From NCBI GenBank assembly GCA_010093815.1, contig ML996574.1: DNA of 64,000 bases; one strand, 5' to 3'. The notes under the pieces were generated by a model, which saw only the letters and a list, made by a program, of their open reading frames with translations, had not been told where the DNA came from and did not search any database. Source of the DNA: Pseudovirgaria hyperparasitica (Eukaryota). Shown one piece after another: positions 1 to 10,540 of the stretch (its first letter is position 1; every line of letters begins with the position of its first letter). A program made the translations under genes and the position numbers.

Positions 1-204
1 GCCCGACTGGAGCAGATCAAGTTGGAGGGCGATGCGAATGGCCTGGAAGAGGGTTGGAAGGGGCTTGTATTGGTACATGCACAGAAGCAGCTCAAAACGT
101 TTTGGGAAAAGACAGGTTTCACACACGATGAGGGGTTAGGAGAGTGGGATGAGGAAGGCATCAGACATATTGGAATGTGGCGTAGGATACCACTGAAAGA
201 GTAG
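1..204 (+). CDS. 3' end of a GNAT-family (ElaA/YjcF-like) acetyltransferase; gene starts upstream of the window
   Basis: Frame open from base 1 to TAG at 202-204; C-terminal pattern VLVHAQKQLKTFWEKTGF...GEWDEEGIRHIGMWRRI matches the GNAT tail (HAQ..F(Y/W)..GF...EEGI.H..M). Confidence 0.75.
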   Translation, partial: ARLEQIKLEGDANGLEEGWKGLVLVHAQKQLKTFWEKTGFTHDEGLGEWDEEGIRHIGMWRRIPLKE

Positions 205-1631
205 AAAAGCGGTTGAGAGATATGTGTAAGGTTTCGTCTTAGGAGAGAGGACCTCGTTTGATACCCATAGTAGTACAGCTACATTTCCTTGATAACTTGG
301 AGTGTGGAGGTTTTCGCGAGACCAAGTCAGCATACATAAGTAGACCAATTCAGCCGTATACTAGACCTGTTTATGATAGACTAATAATAGCAAAATGTTC
401 AGCCATGGCTGTTCCCCATGTCATTTGCTTCCAACACATCACCCGGTAGCACTAGCCTCGATCGAGTCTAGGACACCTCGAAATCGACTTATTAATTTTT
501 CGCCGACACCGAAACCCAACTTCTCTTAACATACTTCCTGTAACAACCTGCACGACAACCACCGATTGGTTCTGAATGACACTCTAAATTTACAATGATG
601 CCCTCGAAAAGGGTGTTACACCTTGGTTCCGTATTATGGTGGCACAAGGCCTTGCCGATCATAGCTGCTATGCAAATATCAAGCGTCTGCTTATTGATTA
701 ATGCTCATGACCTGTTGATGGTATCGCAGTTTAACTGACGGGCCTGACGGAAATTGAACTTGACAAGACAGATATGATCTCCTTTACCCTTTCAAGCGAC
801 AAAGTTGGGTGGGCTTTAGAGGCTACCACCCTAGGCGTATGCTTGGATTATGAGGGTCTCTAGTCACTCGAGACAATGAGGACTCATTTCTTTATTCATA
901 CACGAAATAAGTGGGATGCATTCAATCCTCAGGTATGTACCTCCTTTCTTCTACCTATTCTCTTGATATGATTACACAATTCATGCACCACTCATAGCTT
1001 CGGCTTTGATGATATACAACACCAATATCAAGAAACTATGAATACAAGAAACCAAAATGCTTTCCCCGTCATAGTGAATTTTTTGAAATATGCTAATCCA
1101 TACGACTAAGTCATCCTCGATGTAGAGTCGGCACTTCGGTTCGCTCTGACTGCTTACAACGCGACCTGTCATCGCCTAACCTCCGAATCTTCCGGTGTTG
1201 ACCCTAGTTTCGTATGGTGAACAACGAAGGTACGCATTCAAGTCTGTGTTACTGGCCTGGTCATCATACGCTATGACTGCACTTATGCGAACGGTGAGTT
1301 ATCTGAGTCCTTCAAGCCCAGAATGGCCCATGGTAGGCTTTTCAGCTGTAGGTTGGTACATAAATGGCACTGAAATATGTAGAACACGTTTGCAAGGCCC
1401 TGGCAGCACTACTGTAGCGTAGTAGGCCTATACATAATAGGGTTGTTACTATATAATATATACTTTAATCATGAGCTGTTCAATGCAGTTATTTGTTTAT
1501 TATAACAAGATTTGGAGAGCGATCTAAGCCTTAGGCCTGTATATTGAAGCACCCTTGCGGAATCGAGTGTTAGTCAAATTCACCCTTATGAAAAGACATA
1601 AGAGGAAACATTAGTCTCTGTTAGTTCACAT

Positions 1632-1730
1632 CCGTTTATCCATAGTTACATGGGAAAGCTTGGCGCCTGATGCACGTCTATGCTACCAACACGCGTTTTT
1701 ATATATAATTAACATTTTACGGTATTATTA
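1632..1730 (+). repeat. Left TIR of outer DNA transposon
   Basis: CCGTTTATCCATAGTTACATGGGAAAGCTTGGCGCCTGATGCACGTCTATGCTACCAACACGCGTTTTTATATATAATTAACATTTTACGG matches the reverse complement of ~54532-54620 with only transition differences. Confidence 0.95.
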
Positions 1731-1829
1731 CTGTACCATATATATATAGAGTCTATAACTATATAATATAGTATATAAGAGTTAGTATATATAATATTTA
1801 GTGTTTTTAACTTACTAACGTGTATATAT

Positions 1830-2855
1830 ATAGTACCCTAGGGTATTATCTATCCCGATTCCGTATATAGATAAATTAACTTCCTTCTATAATACGATAT
1901 ATCTATTAATAAGATCGTCGCTATTACTAAAGTTAGTAAGAATATAGTATATAGAATAAGGTTTAACCTTAAGATATACGGATAGAGGAATAAACTATAG
2001 TTAATATATTATAGTCCACCTCGTTAACTAAGTAATTATATAATATAATAACTACTTAAGAGACTACTTTATAAGGGCTAGCTATACCTTAATAAGATAG
2101 CTAGATAGATATACGAAGAGTTTAATCTTACTATATCTAAATAGCTTCTATCTAAAGAGTTATCCGAGTAAGGGTAGAATTATAAGCTATTAAAATATAT
2201 TAGTAGTGCGCGCTTAGAGATAGCGTATACTTTATACCTTAAGGATATTACGGAGCTACTAGTAGACTCGTATATCTTCTTAGATAAGGTTATTTTTAAT
2301 AAGAAAATTAGATAGAGGCGTCGAGCTAGAGTACTAAAAGGATAGACTCTAACTAAGATTAGTACTCTTAATCGAGGATCTACGTATAGCGTATATAGAG
2401 CTATTATAGCTAATGGTTTTATCTACTATTAGATAAAGGAAGGTTATTTCTTAACGGATAAGTTCTATACCTAGCTATAAGTATACCTATTACCTACCCT
2501 TAAGGTAAAATACCCTAGGCGTATAATAATAATTATTATAGATAATCTCGCACTTTATATAAACTAATAGATTAAGCTACTTATACTTAGCGCTAGCTAT
2601 ATTATATAGTATACGCTACCGTACTTATCTAACTTTAATTCTATTAAGCTCGTATAGATAGTAATAAAGGTATAGATTTATAGGTGGTATACCTAGATAT
2701 ATTAGTAATCTTAAACTTTTAAGGACTTCCTCTATATCGTATTTATATATAGCTACGCTAATTAGTAGGCTCTACGCTTCTTTAAATATACTATAGATAG
2801 GTACTATATTAACGAGACGCTCCGGTAGAAGGTAGTCGCTAATTTAGAGAGGTTT
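1830..2855 (+). pseudogene. RIP-degraded DD34E (Tc1/IS630-like, DDE_3) transposase, interrupted at its C-terminus by Gypsy A; short tail resumes at ~51959-52033
   Basis: Hand translation: HTH-like N-terminus, YL(D)(E)IAR(W)IYEEF, IFLD(E) at ~2274, DNLAL at 2541, LPYLSNFNSIK (= PPYSPDFNPIE) at ~2617-2648; 34 codons between the second D and the RIP-mutated E. Confidence 0.85.
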
Positions 2856-3083
2856 TATTAGGACTTAGCCTTAGATAGAACCCGACCTATACGTACCTTA
2901 GCTAATAGGGTTAGGAGATAACGTGAAGGGCGGTAAATAGTTACATACTAGATAGATTAGCGTCCCTTTATATATATACTCTTAGATTTCTACTAAAAGG
3001 GTTCGGTAGTAATTCGTTCTATAATAGAATATACCCTATTATTCTATCTAACTATACTACTATCTAATAACCCTATTCTTATA
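2856..3083 (+). repeat. 5' LTR of Gypsy A
   Basis: 228-bp direct repeat also found at 3203, 10308, 51726 and inverted at 52199. Confidence 0.95.
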
Positions 3084-3455
3084 TTCGAATTACTCTCTAT
3101 ATAGTACTATAGTTAAGATAGTCTAACTAGAACCGAGAAGGTCGATACGATCTACTATAGGGATAAGTAATACTATATTAAATAATAGGGATCCTCTATA
3201 ATTGTTAGGACTTAGCCTTAGATAGAACCCGACCTATACGTACCTTAGCTAATAGGGTTAGGAGATAACGTGAAGGGCGGTGAATAGTCACATACTAGAT
3301 AGATCGGCGTCCCTTTATATATATACTCTTAGATTTCTACCGAAAGGGTTTAATAGTAATTCGTTCTATAATAGAATATACCCTATTATTCTATCTAACT
3401 ATACTACTATCTAATAACCCTATTCTTATATTCGAATTACTCCCTATATAGTACT

Positions 3456-6400
3456 ATAGTTAAGATAGTCTAACTAGAACTAAGAAGGTTGACACGATCT
3501 ACTATAGAGATAAGTAATACTATATTAAATAATAGGGATCCTCTATAATCGGTATTAATCCCGGCCGTTTCTAACCGAGAAGTAGAAATATTAGACTAAA
3601 TCACGGAGCTTTTAGACGAAGAAATAGTAGATACGCTAAGTAACTTCTAATAATATAAAGCCGGATANNNNNNNNNNNNNNNNNNNNNNNNNNNNNNNNN
3701 NNNNNNNNNNNNNNNNNNNNNNNNNNNNNNNNNNNNNNNNNNNNNNNNNNNNNNNNNNNNNNNNNNNNNNNNNNNNNNNNNNNNNNNNNNNNNNNNNNNN
3801 NNNNNNNNNNNNNNNNNNNNNNNNNNNNNNNNNNNNNNNNNNNNNNNNNNNNNNNNNNNNNNNNNNNNNNNNNNNNNNNNNNNNNNNNNNNNNNNNNNNN
3901 NNNNNNNNNNNNNNNNNNNNNNNNNNNNNNNNNNNNNNNNNNNNNNNNNNNNNNNNNNNNNNNNNNNNNNNNNNNNNNNNNNNNNNNNNNNNNNNNNNNN
4001 NNNNNNNNNNNNNNNNNNNNNNNNNNNNNNNNNNNNNNNNNNNNNNNNNNNNNNNNNNNNNNNNNNNNNNNNCCGCGATTAATAGGATAGATAGAAGGAA
4101 GTATAGCTACTATCTATGATAACCTAGGAATATTTAGCTATATTTATATTAAATACCCTTAGAACGGATAGAGAACGTGAAAGAAAGGTACTATCTAAGT
4201 TAAGAAGCGTAGTATAACGACCGAACTAGATACCTACTTAACTACTATAATACCTCTAAAACCTATAGAATAATATCCCTACGCTATAGAAAAATACTTA
4301 TATATTCTAGTTTCGCGAAGTACTACTTCCGTTAATCCGTAAAAGACTAGAAATAGTATTATTAAGTTTTAACTATCTATACGAATTAGAGGAGAAAGCT
4401 AATAAATACTACTATATCCTTAAGGAACGCGGCTCTCTAGGTAAAACCGACGAACCCTATACGGGTTAGAAACGAGATTAATCGAATACGTTTGATTAAG
4501 AGTAACCTTACCGCGATTAGTACTAGAAGAGCGTAAATTAGGGTAGAAACGCGTTAAGAGGATACTAAAATAATCGAGGCGGTGCTTCTTAACGTAGAAA
4601 AGGATAAGATATAGACTTAAATATAACGCCTATTATAAAATAGTAGAATTATAGCGTACTTCGTTACTATAAGTATAGAGAAATAGAATATATTTTATCT
4701 AACTATAAGAATCCGAAAAAAGAATAGGCTAGTACACGAGACCTAACCGCGTCCTTAGCTAAATTATATATACTTAGAAGGAGCCGTAGCGCCTTCCGGC
4801 GAGTAAAGACCTAATATTACTAAAAGTATTATTATCTATAGTAAATAGTAATAAAACTATATAGACCCTCGTGGATACTAGTATAGAAGATAACTATATT
4901 TTATTAATTCTTATAAAGGAGTATAGATTATCATACGATCTCGGTAAAGTTAGCTAAACTATTATAGTTAATGGATATAAAGTTAGAACTTTAGATAAAG
5001 CTATAATAAATTACGAAGTTCATAACTTAAAGATAATAAAATAGTAGATATCTAATAAATTTATCGTGGCTAATATTAGCTAATAGAATATAATTCTAGG
5101 GATGCCTTAGCTTAGACGCCTAAACCCTATCCTCAATTTTTAGAAGGAGACATTAACATTCCAATAATACTATAGTAAATTATACTAGTAAGTCGTAACT
5201 ATTAGTAAGGAGGCATAGAACCTCACCATGCAGACCCGATCATCGCTAATCTATCTTACGTCCTTATCAATCATCAATAAAGACAAGAATAATAGTAATA
5301 ATCAGGGCAAAGACACGCTACCCAACATATATTCGTAGTATACGGATATATTTTCAGTAGGAGATACATTACTTCTCCCTAATCACAGACCATATAAGCT
5401 AAAGATCAAGCTCAAAGAGGGAGTAGACGTCCCTTATAGCCTACTTTACCTACTTTTAAGACTAGAACTTAAAGTTCTTTATAAATATATTAAAGAATAC
5501 CTTAAAAGAGGCTAGATACGTTATAGTACGTTATCGGCCGGCGTATCTATTCTCTTCATAAAGAAGAAAGACGGAAGTTTATATCTATGCGTCGACTATT
5601 AGGTACTAAATACGGTAACTAAGAAGAATCGTCACCCATTACCGCTAGTTAGTGAATCTTTAGACTAATTAACAAAGGTAAAGTACTTTACAAAGCTAGA
5701 TTTATAAGATATATATTACCAGCTTCAAATTCATCACAGAGATAAGTAGAAAACCACATTTCGGACTAGATATAGTTATTTTAAATATACTATTATACTA
5801 TTCGGGCTAATAAATACGCTAGAAGCGTTTTAAGGATATATTAATACTATACTCGTAGGATTACTTAACGTGATTTATATAGTTTATCTTAATAATATAC
5901 TAATTTACTCTAATAGTATATAGAATTATAAAGAATACATAAAATCGGTACTAAATCATCTAAGGTAGTATAAACTCTATATAAAATTATCTAAATGCGA
6001 GTTTCACTAATAAGAAGTTAGGTTTCTCGGCTTTATTATAATATATAGCGGCCTAAAAATAGAGCCGGAGCGTGTAAAGACTATCATAGAATGGCTAGAA
6101 CCTACTACTATATATTAAATTAGAATATTCATAGGTTTCGTAAACTATTATCGTAAATTTATTATAGGCTTCTTATGAATTACGGCGCCGCTTAATAAAC
6201 TTATAGAGAATAGCGGTAAAATCCCTATAGATAGGCGAGTATAGCGTAAAGCTAAGTCGGTCGAGATATAGTTAACGCTGGAAGCGTAAGATACGTTCCG
6301 ATCATTAAAGAATTACTTTATAACTATACTGATTCTTAGGTATTTCGATTCTAAGAAGTATATTTAGGTCGAAACTAACGCGTTAGAATTTATAATTACT

Positions 6401-8503
6401 AGAATTATTAGTTAACCGTATAAAGATATGAAAGATAAGGTGTAATAGTACCCGGTCGCTTTCTTTTCCTATAAAATAGCGGATATAGAGACGCGTTATA
6501 ATATATACGACTAGAAACTACTTATAATCGTTAAGAGTTTTAAGTAATAGTAATATTATTTAGAAGGCTCCGTATATTAGATCGAATTATTATTAGATTA
6601 CGTAAATCTATATTACTTTATATTAACTAAGGTCCTTAATCGCTAATAAGTACGTTAGACTAAGTAGATATTAATATTTAACTTTAAAATCTTATATAAA
6701 GCTAGAAAAGAGAATAAAGCTAATCCTCTATCGCGGCGTAAAGATTATAAGAAATCGTTATAGAATAATATAGATAGTCGGTGTAAGTTAGACTATACTA
6801 TACTTTAGATACTATAAGACTAGTTATCTAATAGAATACTAGAAGCTAGGACACTTTCGGCGATTCTCCGCGGGAATTAGAGCGGGTATTAAGTAATCTA
6901 AATAAATATCTAAGAAACTAAGAAAACCCTTAAAGACTTAATTAAATCTACCTAGAATTCCGATATATTAGTAAAGAAAGTTATAAGTATAAAAGGAAGC
7001 GCTATAGATCCGCTATAGTTATTAAGGTAGGAACGATAATCGGACGCGATCTACTTCTAAGGCCGACTCTATATGCCGGAAGGCGGCTTACGAATCGATA
7101 TTTTAAGGGAATAGCACGATTACGCGTTAGTAGAGTACTTTAGCGTTATAAGGACGGTCGATTTAATCCGAAGGACGTACGACTAGTCGGGTCTTTATAA
7201 ATATATAAAAGACTACGTAAAAACGTATAACGTTTACTAGTATACGAAAGTATATAGATACTTACTATATAGTAAATTAAGGCCATTACCTATGCTAAAG
7301 GAGGTATAGAAGGAATTATCGATGGATTTTATTATAGATCTACCCCTAAGTAAATATTCTAGGTATATTTATAATAGTTTACTCGTAGTTCTAGATAGAT
7401 TTATAAAGATATTATACTATATCCCTATAAGGAAGACGATCTAAGTACCGGATCTTATAGATATACTACTCCGTAACGTAGTCCGGCTCTATAGTATACT
7501 AAATAGTATAGTTTCGGATAGAGGTCTATAGATAACATCTAAATTTTAGAAGGATTTCTACTATATACTAGGAATTAAGCGGAAACTTAGTACTACGTTC
7601 TACCTATAAATAGATAGATAGATAGAGCGGTAGAATTAGATAGTTAAGGCGTATTTACGCGTATATTATAACTATAAGTAGGATAACTAGGTAAGGTTAG
7701 TCTATGTCGCGGAATTCGCGTATAATAATAGCCGATATATATTAACCTACGTAAGTCCGTTCGAAGTAAACTTCGGTTAGAACTATAATATATAGTTCTT
7801 AGGGACTTAGTTTAAAGTAGAACGACCTAACGTTAAAGTAATAGAAATTACTATAGAACTATTCTAAACGTAAAGAAGTATTATAAAGTTACTATAAGAT
7901 ACTACGAATTATAGTAAATCGCACTATAATAAGGGTAGAAAACCTATGATCTTTAATATTAGGGATAAAGTTTTACTAAATAGTAAGAATATTCGTAGTA
8001 TTAGGCTAAAGAAGAAGCTTAACTATATAATAATAGATCTATATAAGATTACTCGTGTAATTAATAACTAGGCGTACAAGTTATAACTCCCTCCTACATT
8101 AAAGATATATAATATATTCTATATTATGCTTCTCGAGCTATTTTATACCTTATTATTACCGGATTATTCCGAATAGATACTACATAAAGTAGTTACGTAA
8201 GAAGGTATAGATATCTACGAAGTTAAGTAGATACTTAGCTAGTAATACGCCGAAGATAGCACGTGGCTATATAAAATTTATTAGAAAGGATATAATCCTA
8301 ATAAAGATACTTAGGAACCTATAATAAATATTAGTAAAGTAGCAATATTAGTATATAAGTAGCGATTAGTAAAGGAAGCCGTAGAATCGTAGAGAATTAT
8401 ACTAAAGTACGGCGATTTAATATTTTTTAGTATAGTTCGGCGCCGAGGACGGCCGCCTAAAAGAAAGAAGGTAAAAGAGATATAGATCTTTAAAACATTC
8501 TAA
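3456..8503 (+). pseudogene. RIP-degraded gag-pol of Gypsy B: gag with CCHC knuckle, protease, RT, RNase H, integrase, chromodomain, AT-hook
   Basis: Knuckle relic YYKYREIEYILSNY at ~4665-4707; LVDTS (D-T-G protease) ~4868; VYLNNIL (YLDD) ~5882; VETNA (RNase H TDAS) ~6368; LSMDFIIDLP ~7316; chromodomain YEVK*IL...YKIY*KGYNPNKDT*EP ~8216-8320; RRRGRPPKRKK 8438-8470. Confidence 0.9.
3668..4072. other. Assembly gap (N run) inside gag of Gypsy B
   Basis: Run of N; homologous sequence is present in copy A at ~10659-11114. Confidence 1.
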
Positions 8504-8841
8504 GGAATTAAGGAACTTCCTTAGAAAGTTCGAACTTAGAAATTTAAAAAATTTAACTAAAAAAGAGACTTAGAAAAATAATTTACTAAGAGAAATAGAC
8601 ATCGAAATTCGGTACCGATCGGTATAGATCGGTATAGATTACTAAAGAGATTAAAGAAGTTATTATTAAAGAAAGATAAAATTAAGAAAGCTAAAAGAAA
8701 ATATAAAGATCTATATAGATCTATATAAACTTATACTAATCTATCTAGAAGAAGTAAGATCACTTTAAAATTAAAACCAAAAAACTAAAAACGCTAGATA
8801 AAAGAGATATATTAGTACTAATTAGTATAGATCTAAACCGA

Positions 8842-9823
8842 TTAAGTCGGAGTAGGAGTAGAAGTACTAATTACCGCGATAGTTATATCTAATTCCTTCC
8901 GCTAGTTCTTATTTAGTATAGTGTAGAGCTTTATAATATAAGTCTCTAGCCTTTCATTCCGATACTATAAATTCTATATAGCGCGCCTTATAGCTATAAA
9001 CTCCTCTATAGAAATCTATAGAGCGGTAGGACCCGGGATAGAGAGGGACGGACCGGCGCGGGCACGCTAAGAATTATATAAATTAGCGAAAAGATTTAAT
9101 AATTAGTATAGAACCATATACCTTTAGTATAGAAACTTCTAGATTAGAGCTATCTTCTCTAAATTTACGGCTCTTTAGTATATGCGAGGAAGGAACCTTA
9201 GCCTTTTTACTAGAACCTTTTCTAGAAATTCTAATATCGCCGGTATATAGAAAGAAGTCCAAAGTAGTAGAGATTTTAGTACTATTATAGAGATTAACAT
9301 ATATTAGTAAGAATCTATAATAATTTAAGAAAAACGATATTACCTAGTAATTACGGTAATAATAGCTATAGTAGATTCCGATAAATTCTTATAGATCTTA
9401 TTAGAATTATACTTCTAGGCGTAACCCTTACCTTAGGTATATAGCTCGTAGAAAGCCTTCTCTAAGGCGTTATAATCGGTAGTACTACGCTTCTTATTAG
9501 TAGAGGTCACTAGAGGCCTAGTAGTAATCTATACTAATATAAGTAAATCTATATAAAGTTCTTCGAACTTGCTTAAATACCTATAAGTAATAATGCTTCT
9601 TAGTTATATAAGTACTATATATTATAGATTTAGTACTACCGTGAGTAATATACGACGGAAAGCGATAACTATAATAATATATAGCTAGATTATTAGAGCC
9701 CGGCCTAGGTTAGGGTAGATTAATGGCTTTTGATATATCGGTAACGTATACGAGATAGGGATTATTTAAAGGCGCCTATTTCTATACCGATTACTTTAGA
9801 GTATTGAGATTTTAGAAAACTAT
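8842..9823 (-). pseudogene. Antisense, intron-containing accessory gene in the 3' region of Gypsy B (copy A equivalent ~50260-51245); probable Cys-rich Zn-binding protein
   Basis: Minus-strand GT...CTAA[C/T]...AG intron-like segments (~9067-9121, ~9283-9343); first exon has Tyr codons spaced YxxY...Y...YxxYx6Y, consistent with RIP-converted Cys (TGY>TAY). Confidence 0.55.
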
Positions 9824-10540
9824 ATTAAGATTATTATTAATTTATACGGATTATTACGAATTATATTATTACTAGCTAAGGACGGTATAAAAATTAGTAA
9901 ATTACGTAAATCGTACTAAATTATAGTAAATCTATATAAATCTATATCTATAAGGATTAGGTAATATACCTAATAATCTAAAAAACTCTATAAAGAGTTA
10001 AGAAGTTTTTTAAAGAAAGGAATATTTCTAAGAAAAGATTTTAATATAGGTAGTATCTAGGCTTACCTAATTATATTACGTGATACGCTAGGCCTAATTA
10101 GGTAATCTCACCTATATAAGAAGTTAAGATGGATAAAATCTAGTTTATTAGGAAAACGCTTATATAAATCTTAGATTAGTAAATATTAGTAAGTATCTAA
10201 GATGAAGCGTAGAGAATGACTAAGGTCTTACGAGACTTAGGATAGGGATATAGAGATAGGTAATAATCTAGGTCGCTAAGGGTAGCTTCCTAGAGGGAAG
10301 GGATAATTATTAGAACTTAGCCTTAGGTAGGACCCGACCTATATATACCTTAGCTAATAGGGTTAGGAGATAACGTGAAGGGCGGTAAATAGTTACGTAC
10401 TAGATAGATCGGCGTCCCTTTATATATATACTCTCGGATTCCTATTAAAAGGGTTTGGTAGTAATTCGTTCTATAATAGAATATACCCTATTGTTCTATC
10501 TAACTATACTACTATCCAATAACCCTATTCTTATAATAAT

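Larger units (their letters stand above)
3203..10535 (+). mobile_element. Gypsy/Ty3 chromovirus copy B (same family as A), inserted in the start of gag of copy A
   Basis: LTRs 3203-3430 (begins TGTTAGG) and 10308-10535; 5-bp TSD ATAAT at 3198-3202 and 10536-10540; host sequence resumes at 10541 exactly where it broke at 3202. Confidence 0.95.

Noticed and set aside
136..1422. Short ORFs of 60-75 aa upstream of the island
   Set aside because: No recognisable motifs or consistent splice structure; likely intergenic.
2856..10535. Tandem LTR array produced by unequal recombination
   Set aside because: Copy B has its own ATAAT TSD and interrupts copy A within gag, which indicates a true insertion.
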